DNA of 64,000 nt from Vulcanimicrobiota bacterium (GTDB lineage Bacteria; Vulcanimicrobiota; Xenobia; Xenobiales; JADMJV01): contig JBFWNU010000001.1 of assembly GCA_050250895.1 (NCBI GenBank), forward strand, positions 352,001 to 416,000, read 5' to 3'. The translations under genes were made by a program, and so were the position numbers. A model generated the notes under the pieces. That model made no database searches and was not told the origin of the DNA. It was given only the letters and a program-made list of their open reading frames with translations. Positions 29,414 through 40,200 of the stretch are shown one piece after another (the stretch's first letter is position 1; every line of letters begins with the position of its first letter).

Positions 29414-29947
29414 TCAGGCTTGGCCATCGTCGTGGCCGATTTCGCCGCGACGCACGAAGTCTTCCACCAGGAGCAGGGCATCGCCCGCGTGATGAATCGT
29501 GTCGAGGAGCGTGCTCATCGACGAGACTTCTTCGAGTTGCTCGGTCACGAACCACTGCAAGAAGGTGTGGGTCATGTGATCTTTGTTCTTGGCTGCTTCA
29601 TCCACCAGGTTATTGATCTGGCGGGTCACCTCGAGTTCGCCATCGAGGGCGCACTGGACCGCGTCGGCGGCGCTGGTGAAATCGTTGCGCAGGTTGGGAA
29701 GGCCCCGAATCTCGGGTTTGGCGCCTGCGTCGAGCATGTACTGGACGAACTTCATCGCGTGCACGCGCTCTTCTTCGGCTTGTTTGTAGAAATGCTTGGC
29801 CAGCGACGGCAAGCTGGCATCGTCGAAATGAACGGCGATAGCGACATACTGCGCCGAGGCCTTGAATTCGTTCTGGATCTGCTGGTTCAACAGGTCGACC
29901 AACTTATCGTTGACGAGCTGATTTGGATTCGCTTTTTTCTTTGCCAC
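29414..29947 (-). CDS. ftnA: Non-heme ferritin
   Basis: NEFKASAQY, QAEEERVHA, GELEVTRQIN and FLQWFVTEQLEE ferroxidase motifs. Confidence 0.9.
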   Translation of the reverse strand: MAKKKANPNQLVNDKLVDLLNQQIQNEFKASAQYVAIAVHFDDASLPSLAKHFYKQAEEERVHAMKFVQYMLDAGAKPEIRGLPNLRNDFTSAADAVQCALDGELEVTRQINNLVDEAAKNKDHMTHTFLQWFVTEQLEEVSSMSTLLDTIHHAGDALLLVEDFVRRGEIGHDDGQA

Positions 29948-30123
29948 GGTGAGCTTCCTTTACAATCTGGTCCGGGCGCCTTCCACGCCATCGGCCCGGG
30001 TCCTTTTGAGCCCCGCCCCCGGTAAAGCCAGGCCGATTAAAGGAAGGCAATGCTCTGAGGCGAAGACAGGCGCCGCTCGCGGCTTTCGCCGCGAGGATGT
30101 TTAATGAAGGGACGGGGTATCAA

Positions 30124-32067
30124 GTGAAACAGCGCAAGAAATTGATTCCCCTCTTGCTTACGCTGGTACTGGCCACCTTCGCGCTGAGCCAGGCTAAGGA
30201 AGAGTTCAAAGTTCTGATTGATGGCAACCGCAACGCGGCCGTAAAGATCTCGACCGACGAAGGTCAGACCGGCACCGAGGGCACCATCAAAGCCAGCATC
30301 GACCTGCCCAAGGGCGAGTCGGTTCTGGATCTCAACCTTGATATAGAAGACGCCAAGCAGCTTGGCGACGGTTCGATGTTGGCTAATGCCAAGGTCAACT
30401 CGGGTACTTTGGAGGTGGTCGGCTCGGCCGACATCCCCGTTCCCGCCGAGGACGCCCCCGAGAAGCTCACCGCCTCTATCGAGAGCGTGACCCAGAATGA
30501 TGTCTCGGTGGCCAAGGCCGATCTGGCGCTGGTGACCAAGACCCCCGAGAAGATCCCCACCGTCAAGCTCGACGCCAACGGCGAAGGCTCGGTAAAGGCG
30601 TTCAAGGGCGGCCTCACCTACAGCGTCAAGAGCGACGACGGCGACCTCAAAGAGATCCCCTTCAACAACTTGGTCGTGGCCATCTCCGAAGCGGAGGACA
30701 AAACCACCATCGAACTCACCATCAGCGCCCCGCCGGGTGAGTTCGCCAATCAGCTCAAGATGCTGCCCCAGGCCAAAGATCCCCTCGAGCAGAATCTCAG
30801 ACAAGCACAGATCGAGATCGAGAAGATCGAGTTTCCCGAGGTCGAAGAAACGCCCCAGGGCAACACCGCCAGGGCGACCCTGGTGCTCAAGAACGTGCGC
30901 GCCACGCTCCACCGCGCCATCGACGCCTTTGGCCCCAACATGGGCTCGCCCGAGATCTCCGGCGAGGTGATGGCCCAGGCCTTCAACAACATCGTGGAAG
31001 TGCGCCTCAACAAGTTCCAGTTCACCATGGAGGTCAAGGAAGGCGAAGTGAGCGGAGCCCTCGAGGGTGACCTCTCGCAAGTCGACAAGTTCTTCGAAGG
31101 CTACCTGACCATCATGCCAGCCGTGCTCAAGACGGCCAAACAACAGCAAAATTTCTACCAATATGGCGAAGCCGCCCCGATTGTCGAGGCCTTCTACGAC
31201 ATCAACATGCAAAACGGCCTCAAGATGATTCGCCTGATGCTCGACTCGCCGCTCGATTTCAAAGGCTCCGGCAGCCTCAACATGAGCAAGACCGAAGACA
31301 AGATGAGCCTCGACGCCAAGGCCGATCTTTCGACCGAAGGCTATGAGGAGTTCGTCAAGAAGGCCAAAGAGCAAGGCATTCCCGTAGCGGAAAAGGCCCT
31401 GTTGCTGGGCGACCTGCAAATGGAGAGCAACCGTCTGGTCGGTAAGGCCTATATGTACACCGACGGCGACCTGATCAGCTACTACAAGGGAATGCTCATC
31501 GGCGCCCTGGGCCAGGCCGGTGCGGCCGAGGCTCAAGACATCGTCAAACAACTCGAAATCAAAGAGTCCGAGTTCAATCTGAACCTGACCGGCTCGAAGC
31601 TGACCATCAAAGGTTACGGCGAGACCACCGACCTGACTCCCGCTGTCAGCGCCATCCTGAAGAAGGGGGCGGCCCAGCTCGAGGGCACCCTCGTAGGCGT
31701 CAAGATGGACTTCACCTTCAAGCCCGACGGCAGTGGTGCGGGTGAGCCCGTAACCCTCTACTTCAAGGACTTCATGCCCGGCAAATCCGAAGACCAGATC
31801 AAGAAAGCCCTGTCGTTCCCGAGTTCGGCCACCGTCACGGCCGACGCCGCCAGTAGCGACGTCACCCTGGTCGCGGTCGAAAAGCCGGCCCTCGAGATGG
31901 ATCCCAAACTGGCAGCCATCCAGAGCGAAGCTCAGGCCAAGCTCGGTTCGACCGCTGTGGCCGCCGGAGCCACCTCGGGCAGCAAGAGCTGGATGATGAT
32001 TCTGGCCGGCGTGTTGATCCTCGGCCTTATTGGAGTCGGCCTGGCGGCCGGCAAGAAGAGCGCCTAA
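30124..32067 (+). CDS. Large secreted protein with C-terminal membrane anchor
   Basis: Signal peptide KQRKKLIPLLLTLVLATFALSQA; C-terminal WMMILAGVLILGLIGVGLAAGKKSA. Confidence 0.75.
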   Translation: MKQRKKLIPLLLTLVLATFALSQAKEEFKVLIDGNRNAAVKISTDEGQTGTEGTIKASIDLPKGESVLDLNLDIEDAKQLGDGSMLANAKVNSGTLEVVGSADIPVPAEDAPEKLTASIESVTQNDVSVAKADLALVTKTPEKIPTVKLDANGEGSVKAFKGGLTYSVKSDDGDLKEIPFNNLVVAISEAEDKTTIELTISAPPGEFANQLKMLPQAKDPLEQNLRQAQIEIEKIEFPEVEETPQGNTARATLVLKNVRATLHRAIDAFGPNMGSPEISGEVMAQAFNNIVEVRLNKFQFTMEVKEGEVSGALEGDLSQVDKFFEGYLTIMPAVLKTAKQQQNFYQYGEAAPIVEAFYDINMQNGLKMIRLMLDSPLDFKGSGSLNMSKTEDKMSLDAKADLSTEGYEEFVKKAKEQGIPVAEKALLLGDLQMESNRLVGKAYMYTDGDLISYYKGMLIGALGQAGAAEAQDIVKQLEIKESEFNLNLTGSKLTIKGYGETTDLTPAVSAILKKGAAQLEGTLVGVKMDFTFKPDGSGAGEPVTLYFKDFMPGKSEDQIKKALSFPSSATVTADAASSDVTLVAVEKPALEMDPKLAAIQSEAQAKLGSTAVAAGATSGSKSWMMILAGVLILGLIGVGLAAGKKSA

Positions 32068-32090
32068 TCGTCAACACTGACTTCCTGGGC

Positions 32091-32122
32091 GGCAGCGCTT
32101 AAGCGCTGCCGTCTTTGTTTTG
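32091..32122 (+). terminator. Rho-independent terminator
   Basis: Perfect palindrome ggcagcgcttaagcgctgcc followed by gtctttgttttg; overlaps the yihY stop. Confidence 0.6.
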
Positions 32123-32884
32123 TCGGGAATAGACCTGGGTGAACTCGGCGCCCAGAAAGAGAATCTGGGCTGAATAATAGACCCAGACCAGCAGCAGAAT
32201 GAGCGAACCTCCAAACTGCTGCTCTGAGCTGCCGAGATAGAGGCCCATCAAGGCCTTTCCCAGGGTGAAAAGACAACCCGTCAGGCAAGCCCCCACGCCC
32301 ACATCCCTCCAGGCGACCCTGGTGTCGGGCAGCACTTTGAAAATCAGCGCAAAGAGCACGACGGTCATCACCAGCGTCAGCAACTCGTTGAGAAGCGGCA
32401 AGAGGAAGCTGGCCATGTTGCCCTTCCAGGCGCTCAGGACGGCGCTGGCCAACAACGACACCGTGAGCAGCAAGCCTCCTCCGAAGACCATCAGGACAGA
32501 AAGTAGCCGCTGGCCCAGTTTGTCCTTCCAGGTCGAGTCGGGGTCTTCGCTGACGTTCCAGATGATGTTGAGGGCCTTCTGAAGGTGGGCAAACAGGCCT
32601 GAGGCCGAGAAGACCAGGATCACCCCGCCCAACAGCGTCTGGCCGCCCCCGTTAGCCATGGTCTGCTGCAAGAGGTCGGCCGCGCCCGGCCCCAGCGAAC
32701 TTCGCACCTGTTGCATCAGACCCGAGGCGGCCGTGTCCTGGTCGACGAACACGCTCACCAGCCCCAACAGCACTGTGAACAATGGACCCAGAGCAAAGAT
32801 AGCGTAGTAGGCCAGGGCCGCAGCCAGAGTGGCCGCGTCGTCCTTCTGCCATTGCTGAAAAGTGTCTTTGAATAGCTGAACCAT
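32099..32884 (-). CDS. YihY/BrkB family membrane protein
   Basis: AAALAYY..F..GP, ALNIIW, FKVLP and LLWVYYSAQILFLGAEF. Confidence 0.92.
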   Translation of the reverse strand: MVQLFKDTFQQWQKDDAATLAAALAYYAIFALGPLFTVLLGLVSVFVDQDTAASGLMQQVRSSLGPGAADLLQQTMANGGGQTLLGGVILVFSASGLFAHLQKALNIIWNVSEDPDSTWKDKLGQRLLSVLMVFGGGLLLTVSLLASAVLSAWKGNMASFLLPLLNELLTLVMTVVLFALIFKVLPDTRVAWRDVGVGACLTGCLFTLGKALMGLYLGSSEQQFGGSLILLLVWVYYSAQILFLGAEFTQVYSRQNKDGSA

Positions 32885-32976
32885 AGGTCCCAGGATAGCC
32901 CGCGCGCATCGCCTGGGACAAGCGACTAGGACAAATATACCTATCTCTCTTACAGCTTAGCTGTTAAACTGACGAT

Positions 32977-33879
32977 ATGAGCATGGGGTTGGAAACTCGC
33001 CGCCTTTCGCTCGAACAGGGGCGGGCTGCGGAAGTCTTGACCGGAATTGTCTTCGAGCCGTGCGAGAGCTGGGAGCAGATGCAGTGCATCACCCTCGAGC
33101 CAGAGGTCGATGGAGCCGGCATCGCCGTCGATGGCGTCTTTTATCGCGCTCGACTAGAGGAGCGCTGGAGGGCCCGGGTTGCCTACGAAAAGGCGCTCGA
33201 ATGCGGCCATCCCTCGGTTCTCGTCGAGCGCGGTCGCGAGAGCCTGCTATGCCTGCGGGTGGGCGGCCTGGCGCCCGACCAGCGGCTGGAGTGGCGACTG
33301 TCTCTGGCTGACGGCGAAAGCCTTGAGTGCGCCCCGGCCGTGGGGCCCAGCCAGCCGACCCTGAGCCGCGACCTCGCCTTCGTGGCCGCAGCCAGCGAGG
33401 AGTATCGTCCACCCGAGTTGGGCGAATGTCTGGGCATTCTCCAGGGACGGGGCTCGCTGGTCTCGCATGTTCTGGCTGAACTGCTAGGCGAAGTCGGCTA
33501 TCGCCTGCCCGGGGCCGCCCTCCAGGCCGCCGTGGACTGGTTGGAGCACAGTCCCCTGCCGCGCACCGCTCCGCTGGCGGCCGGCCCGCCTCACTATCTG
33601 CGACCGGAGCAACAACTGGGTATGGTCTGCCGCCAGGTCGGACCGGCCACCGAGGCCATGCTGGTGGCGCTGCTGGAACTACTCGAGCAGTGTTGTGAGC
33701 GGGCCCGGCTGCTGCGGGGGGCGGCCCGCTTGAAATACGAGGGTGAAGGCTTGTTGCGCAAACTGGCCGGCCAGCGGCTTAGCCTGGGAGAGTTTCAGTC
33801 GTGGCTGGCCCGCCTTGACGCCTTTAGCCAGGCCACCAGCCTGTCGACTCCCTCGGCCGTCGAAACGGTGGGCCGATAG
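32977..33879 (+). CDS. Hypothetical protein with degenerate VIT-like N-terminal domain
   Basis: RARVAYEKALECG..SVLVE.....LRVGGLAP resembles the VIT consensus. Confidence 0.5.
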   Translation: MSMGLETRRLSLEQGRAAEVLTGIVFEPCESWEQMQCITLEPEVDGAGIAVDGVFYRARLEERWRARVAYEKALECGHPSVLVERGRESLLCLRVGGLAPDQRLEWRLSLADGESLECAPAVGPSQPTLSRDLAFVAAASEEYRPPELGECLGILQGRGSLVSHVLAELLGEVGYRLPGAALQAAVDWLEHSPLPRTAPLAAGPPHYLRPEQQLGMVCRQVGPATEAMLVALLELLEQCCERARLLRGAARLKYEGEGLLRKLAGQRLSLGEFQSWLARLDAFSQATSLSTPSAVETVGR

Positions 33880-34796
33880 CCCAGTAGCTCGCGGGCGGCG
33901 CTGATGTCGTAGTAATGCGATGTGCCCAACTGAGCGGCCAAAAATCGGGTCATGCGGGGCTCACCGGGCAATCGAAAGAAGAGATAGATCTTTTCCAGCA
34001 AAGCTCCCAGGAGGCGAGCCACCGGCAGCGATAGGCTTCGATGCACCGGAGGCTGGTCGAGGCGGGTCAGCAGCTGGTTGACCCAGGCCCACAGGTTGAC
34101 CGGCTCGCCCTGGCTGATGAAAAACGCCCGTCCGTGGGCCTGGTCGAGGCGCTCGGCCGCCAGCAGATGGGCCTGAGCGGCGTTATCGACGTAGGTGATG
34201 TCGACCAGATTCTCGCCGGAACCGACCCGCACCAGGCGGCCGCGTCCGGCCGCCTCGAGTAGCCGGGGGATGATGTGGCTGTCGCGCGGCCCCCAAATGA
34301 TGTGAGGCCGCAGCGCCACCGTCTGCAGACCGTCTTTGCCGTCGGCCGCCAGCACCATCTTCTCGGCTTCGGCCTTGGTGGCCGAATAGGCGTTGAGAAA
34401 CTTCTTAGGATAGGGATAGCTCTCGTCGATGCCGGCGGTGGGCTTGCCCGAAAACGTCACCGAAGGCGACGATGTATAGATGAGGCGCTTGACCCCATGG
34501 CGGCGGCAGCCGTGCAAGATGTTGCGGGTGCCCAGGACGTTGGCTTCGTGATACTCACTGTAAGGACCCCAGATACCGGCTTTGGCGGCCACATGAAAAA
34601 CCGTGTCGAATCCTGCGCAGGCAGCCAGGACGCTCTCGCGGTCGCGCAGGTCGGCTTTGACGACAAAGGCGCCCAGCGCCTCGAGTTCGGGTACCTCGCG
34701 ACGCACCAGCACACCCACTTCGTGGCCCGCGGCCAGCAACTGTTCGGTGATGACCCGACCCAGAAAGCCGGCCGCTCCCGTAACCAATGCTCTCAA
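33795..34796 (-). CDS. oleD: 2-alkyl-3-oxoalkanoate reductase (3-beta-HSD/SDR family)
   Basis: TGAAGFLG, HVAAKAGIWG, YTSSPSV, YSATK and LRPHIIWGPRD; TTG 34796 overlaps the oleC stop. Confidence 0.88.
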   Translation of the reverse strand: MRALVTGAAGFLGRVITEQLLAAGHEVGVLVRREVPELEALGAFVVKADLRDRESVLAACAGFDTVFHVAAKAGIWGPYSEYHEANVLGTRNILHGCRRHGVKRLIYTSSPSVTFSGKPTAGIDESYPYPKKFLNAYSATKAEAEKMVLAADGKDGLQTVALRPHIIWGPRDSHIIPRLLEAAGRGRLVRVGSGENLVDITYVDNAAQAHLLAAERLDQAHGRAFFISQGEPVNLWAWVNQLLTRLDQPPVHRSLSLPVARLLGALLEKIYLFFRLPGEPRMTRFLAAQLGTSHYYDISAARELLGYRPTVSTAEGVDRLVAWLKASRRASHD

Positions 34797-36370
34797 CTGC
34801 GCCTCCCGCCCGCCCAGGCGGACAACTCTTCGCGATGGATCTTGGCATTGTGACGCGGGTCGACGGGAAACCGGGGGTGAAAGGTCACTTCTTTCACCTG
34901 CCCATAGAGCGGATGCCGGGCCAACAGGCCTCGGCATTCGTGCGCCAACAACGTGTCGCTGGACCGGCTGCCGGGTCGACGCTCGACCACCAGGGTGGGG
35001 CCCGACTTGCCGGCCACCAGGGCCGAGCGGGCCACCTCGGGGTGGCCGTTGACCATGCCCTCGGCGGCCACCGGAAAGAACGTCTGTCCCTGCCACTCGA
35101 CCCGATGGGCCTTGCGCCCGACCAGCCACAGATTGTGTTCGGGGTCGAGATAGCCGAGATCGCCCATGCGGTGCCAAAGGCCATCCTCGCTCTCGATCTT
35201 GGCCAGACGAGTCGCTTCGGGCTGGTCTTGATAGGCCCAGGTCACCACCGGACCCCGCACGCAAACCTCACCCACCTCACCTGGAGGCAGTGCGTCGGGC
35301 AAAGAGTCGAAAGCCTGGTCGCTGATCGGCAGGATGCGAATCTCGATATTGGGGGCAGCCGGACCTACGCAGGTTCCGGCCCCGGCCAACCGCGACGGGG
35401 CGGCAGCCAGAGCCTGGCTGCCCGAAATCGAAGTCACCGGCAGCGCCTCGGTGGCCCCGTAGGGGGTATGCACCTCAGCCCCGGCCGGCAGAATCGCCTT
35501 CCAGGTCCTGAGCAACTCGGTAGCGATGGGAGCCCCGAAGGTCAGCACGCGACGCACGGTGGGCAGTGGCATCTTGCGACTGCGACAGTATTCGCCGACG
35601 CGGCTCCAGATCGCCGGGGAGCCTTGCAGACTGGTCACGCCGTGGGCATGGATGGCCGTCACCATGCGAGCCGGGTCGACCGTGGCCGGACGGCTGGGGT
35701 TGAGCGGCGGGATCACGCAAGTCACGCCCATGGCCGTGGAAAAGAGGGCGAACAAGGGAAAACCCGGCAGGTCGACCTCCCCCGGCTCGAAGTCGTACAT
35801 CCTTTGCAAAGCCTCGACCTGAGCCTGGAAAATTCGATGGCGATAGACCACCGCCTTGGCCGGGCCGGTGCTGCCCGAGGTAAAGAGCAGGGCGGCCGTC
35901 TGGTCGGGATCCGTAGCCAGGGTGGAGAAGCTGGTGGCTCGGGCTCGGCGCGCCACCTCGGGCACGCCGGGAAAGCGACCCAAGACCGCCCTTTTCTTGA
36001 CAGCCTGAAAGGGCTGGCGAAAAAGACGACTGACCAGATGGCCTTTGGGAATCGCCACCAAACCATCGGGGCGGATCGATCCGATGGACCGCAACATGGG
36101 CTTTAGCCCCATGCCGGGATCGATCAGGATGGGCTGGGCGCCGAGCTTGAACAGGGCGAAAGTCAACGAGACGAACTGGGCACTATTGTTGACCAGCATC
36201 AGCACCCGATCGCCCGCTACGAACCCTAGTCTTTGCAGGTCTTCGGCCTGGGTGTTGCACAAGCCCAGCAATTGCTCGAAATTCCAACGCTCGGCACCAT
36301 CGATGAGAGCGGTATGGGCGGGATAGCGAGCAGCCGTGTCGTCGAGAAACTCGGCTACATTGAACGTCAC
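34793..36370 (-). CDS. oleC: Olefin beta-lactone synthetase (AMP-dependent ligase)
   Basis: FTSGSTG, TPYGATEALP, WHRMGDLGY and FPVDPRHNAKI; GTG start at 36370. Confidence 0.9.
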   Translation of the reverse strand: MTFNVAEFLDDTAARYPAHTALIDGAERWNFEQLLGLCNTQAEDLQRLGFVAGDRVLMLVNNSAQFVSLTFALFKLGAQPILIDPGMGLKPMLRSIGSIRPDGLVAIPKGHLVSRLFRQPFQAVKKRAVLGRFPGVPEVARRARATSFSTLATDPDQTAALLFTSGSTGPAKAVVYRHRIFQAQVEALQRMYDFEPGEVDLPGFPLFALFSTAMGVTCVIPPLNPSRPATVDPARMVTAIHAHGVTSLQGSPAIWSRVGEYCRSRKMPLPTVRRVLTFGAPIATELLRTWKAILPAGAEVHTPYGATEALPVTSISGSQALAAAPSRLAGAGTCVGPAAPNIEIRILPISDQAFDSLPDALPPGEVGEVCVRGPVVTWAYQDQPEATRLAKIESEDGLWHRMGDLGYLDPEHNLWLVGRKAHRVEWQGQTFFPVAAEGMVNGHPEVARSALVAGKSGPTLVVERRPGSRSSDTLLAHECRGLLARHPLYGQVKEVTFHPRFPVDPRHNAKIHREELSAWAGGRRS

Positions 36371-37236
36371 TCGAGAAAGTCCCGCATCCTCGGAATGATG
36401 CGCTCGAAGCACTCCTCCACCACCAGATGTCCGGCTTCGGCGAAACGATGCACCTGGGCGTCGGGGAAGTACTCCTGAAAGCGGGAGATGTAGCGGGGCG
36501 TAAAGACCCAATCTTTCTCGCCCCAGAAAATCTGCACGGGCAGGTCCGCCAGACATGAGAGGTCCTTCTCGAGGGTGAGCAGGGCCGCCCAGCTGGGGTG
36601 AGTCGGATCCATGGGGATATCCTGAACGAAGCGATGGGTGGCGATGCGATTGGCCCAGGAGTCGTAGGGATAAAGATACCCTTTGCGGATGTCGGGGGTG
36701 ATGCGCGAGCGGTCGGCCACCGCCAGCACCGGGCACAAGCCGGCGAAGGCGTTGAGACCGCGAATGAGCAGGGCTCCGAGCCAGGGAATGCGACAAAGGT
36801 GCAGCAGCCACGGCATGTGCTTGGAAGTGAAGGCGGCGGTGTTGGTGATGACCAGCCGCGAAAAGCGGTCGTGGTGACGCACGGCCACTCCCAGACCGAT
36901 AGGTCCGCCCCAGTCGTGGACCACCAGGGTGATTTTGCGAAGATCGAGGGCGAGCACCAGGCGCTCGAGGTTGTCGACGTGCTGACGCATCCGGTAGTCA
37001 TAGCTCTGCGGCTTGTCAGACAGCCCGCACCCGATATGGTCGGGCACGACCACCCGGTGGTTGGGTGAAAAGGCATTGACCAGTTCGCGATAATAGAACG
37101 ACCAGGTGGGATTGCCGTGGACCATCAGGATGGGCTCGCCCTGGCCCTCGTCGACATAGTGATAGCTCAGCCCGTCGAGATCGAGAAAGTGCGGTTCGTA
37201 CGGATAGAGAGACTGGATTTCGGGGGGAAGGGTCAC
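36367..37236 (-). CDS. oleB: Beta-lactone decarboxylase (haloalkane dehalogenase-like)
   Basis: HGNPTWSFYYR, PDHIGCGLSDKP, HDWGG and AGH; adjacent to oleC and oleD. Confidence 0.88.
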   Translation of the reverse strand: MTLPPEIQSLYPYEPHFLDLDGLSYHYVDEGQGEPILMVHGNPTWSFYYRELVNAFSPNHRVVVPDHIGCGLSDKPQSYDYRMRQHVDNLERLVLALDLRKITLVVHDWGGPIGLGVAVRHHDRFSRLVITNTAAFTSKHMPWLLHLCRIPWLGALLIRGLNAFAGLCPVLAVADRSRITPDIRKGYLYPYDSWANRIATHRFVQDIPMDPTHPSWAALLTLEKDLSCLADLPVQIFWGEKDWVFTPRYISRFQEYFPDAQVHRFAEAGHLVVEECFERIIPRMRDFLE

Positions 37237-40200
37237 GATTGTAGTCCTAGCATTACGGCCACGAGAAAGGCGCAAAATAGCAACACCGGCACCGACTTGC
37301 GGATGAAGGTGTCATGAATCCAGTCGTCGAGCTTCTCGGTGAGCGATAGCTCCATGTACGTGGCCCAGACCAGATTGAAGCCCAGGAACCAGGGGAACAG
37401 CCTGATGGGATGCATGTAGCGCAAGTCGGGATGAAAGAAGACCCCCAGCCGGAACTTGGGTATGAGCAAGAAGAGCAGGCAGATGAAGACGATCAACGAC
37501 GGCATCATCATCATTTTCTTGGCTCGCGTCTCTTCCACCGCCTGGGCGCTGGGTGGAAGCTTCTTATAAGCCGTTCCTAACGAGGCCGGCAGGGCCCAGG
37601 CCATCAAGAGATAGAGCCAGGCCAGGAGCTGAACCGGACCCATCGCGTGGGACAACACTTCGGGCGCCGACTCGACCAGGTCCATATTGACCCAGTTGCC
37701 GCCCAGTTCGGTTCTGAGATAGTCGGTCAGGTAATAGCACCCCATGCCCCAGATTCCGGCGAAACAGAAGAAACCGACAAAGAGCGGGCTGATCAAACGG
37801 CTGAAGCCCTTGTCAGAAGAGAGGACCTCCTTGCCGGTTCGGTCGGCCATGTCAAAGACCGAGACCGTGCGCTCTTCGTCGGGAGTGCGCAGCAGAATGT
37901 AGGCCTCGTGGGTTTCGGGCAACGACTCCTGGTCGAGCCAGTAACTCAATTGGACTTTGTTACCGCGAAAGCGGGTGGGCGTGACTTCGAGCGAGTGATG
38001 GGTCGAGGTGGCCGTTCCCGAAAGGGTGCCGCCGCCGGCATTGGTCAGGATGATATAGCCCGACTCGCACTTCTTGCCGCGGCTGTTTTCGCGAATACCC
38101 ACATACTCGACCCGGTGCACCAGGAAAGGCCGCTCGAGAGCTGCTTCTTCGGGACTGAGTTTGCGGCGCACGGGCAACTCTTCGGCCGCTTCTTCGTCAA
38201 GTTCCAGGTCGGGCGGCGGCAGCTCGGGTGCCTCGATATCGGGGATCTCGTCGGCTCCGCGGCGGATATAGAAGACATAGTCGGGCTCGACCAGCTCGAG
38301 ATAGTAATCGCCATACTCGACCACCAGCTCGGTCTTGCCGTCTTCGTCGGGTTCTTCTTCATAGTGGGTGCAATCGCGGAAGAACGGCTCGGACATGGCC
38401 AGCCAGTCGCGCACACTGGGCAGAAAACGCTCGATCTCGCGCTTGGACCGGGCAGGATTGGCCAGGATTCCTTCCCCCGCCTTGAGCGAACAGAATTCGG
38501 CCAGGTTCTGCATCTTGGTGGTGGGGTCGGCGTCCATCTGCAAGATGCGAGCGTGGGCACCGGTAGGACGGTCCGTGTCCGAGAACTCTTCTTGATAGTA
38601 GAAGACGTTACGCACCGCTTGACCGAGTCTCTCGGTAGATTCGCGACCGATGGACCGCAGCGAGAGAATCAACAGCTTCTCGCACTCGCGCACCGACAGC
38701 GACTCTTGAGCCATGCGGGCCGCCTCTTCAGGCAGGGTTCCCAGCTCGCGAAAAGCGGCCGCGGCCAGGCCCGCGAAGTAGCGAGTGAGATAGTCCAGAG
38801 CGTCGCGCAGCGAGATACAGGCTTCGACCGGGTCGCCCACGCGCAGATAGATGTCCATACGGGTCAGGATCTTGCCCAGCACCTTGGGGCAGCCCTCGGG
38901 AATCTCGATGGGTTCGCGAATGAGCGGCTTGGGCGCCGAGTCGCCGGCCTGGGCCATCTCGCCCTCGGGGCGCGGGTTGTTGAGCCAGAGCTGATAGCCG
39001 GGCTCGCCCACTTCGATGAAGCGGTCTCCGATGCGCACCGAAAACTCGACGCTGCCGTCGGGATTGGGGTCTTCGAAGAAATGCTCGGTACTCTGCAGAT
39101 AGGCACCGATCGACAGCAGCCACTCGCGCAGGGTCGGGACGTGCTTCTCGAACTCGATCTTGCAGGTCTCGGGGTCTTCCCACTCGCCATAGCCCGGCTC
39201 GAGCTGACACCAGGCAGAGAGTTGACCGGAGAGAGCCAGGATTTCGGTGTGCCAGCGAGGCACGAACTCGAACAGCTCGTTGCGGCGATAGAAAATACCC
39301 ACTACCGACTTGGCGGCCAGGCTGTCCGGCTGATTCTTGAGGATGTTGAGACAGGTGTTGAGCAGCTTCTCTGAGGCCGACACCGATTGGCTCGCATCGA
39401 GCAAGTCCTGGGCCTGCGCCGGCAGCATGTCGATGTCTTCGCATACCTTCGAAGACACACCGGCGAAATAGCGAATCAGGAACTCGAGGGCGTTGCGCAA
39501 CTCGAGGCAGCCGGCCACCGGGTTCTGCTCTTTCATGGCTTCGTCGAGCCGCTCGAGAATCTCTAACAGGTATTTGGGTGCGCGCTGAGGGACGAAGAAA
39601 TAGACTTCACGCTCGTAGAGGTTGCGCGGAACGTCGATCTCTTTTTCAGGAATGCAAAGCGGGCAACTCGACAGCTCGAGCCGCTGGCCGGCGGTGAGGT
39701 CCTGCTTGCCGATGCGAACCTTGATTGCCTGCTCGCCACCCAGCGAGGTGCGTTCGGACAAGATGCCGGCCACGTTGAAAAAAGGCGCGGCTCCTTCGAG
39801 CCACTCTTGCAAGAAAGGCAGATAACGACGTACCTCTTGCACGCACTTTTTCCGCACGGGCACGTTGGTGGAAGCGATCAGGGCCGACAGCTGGGGGGTG
39901 CCCCGGCGCGGCTTGCCGCCGATGCCCATCAGCTTGGTAAACTTACGGGCGCTCTTGCCATCGTAGAAGACATTGAGCAGCGACTTTACCTCGGGAAGGT
40001 CTTGAGGCGCGTCGGAAGCCAGAAACTCGAGGGCGATCCGCAGGGTGTCTTCAGCATTGACGGGGTCGAGATAGTTCTCTTCGGGAAACTGCAACTCGCC
40101 GAACACCTTGCTCAAACAGGCGGCCAGATCGGCGAAATAACCCATGAGGAAATGAAACGTTCGCTTCAAGACCCGATACGAAGTACTGGGCGCGTCGAGG

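Noticed and set aside
30037-31551. Long antisense ORFs (also 37647-39374, 40446-42098, 44433-46190, 57149-58933)
   Set aside because: These are shadows of high-GC coding sequence on the opposite strand and carry no motifs.
32952-32964. Palindrome acagcttagctgt as an operator
   Set aside because: It is short, single-copy and has no adjacent regulator, so it cannot be supported.
36367-37236. Haloalkane dehalogenase
   Set aside because: Its position beside oleC and oleD identifies it as OleB.
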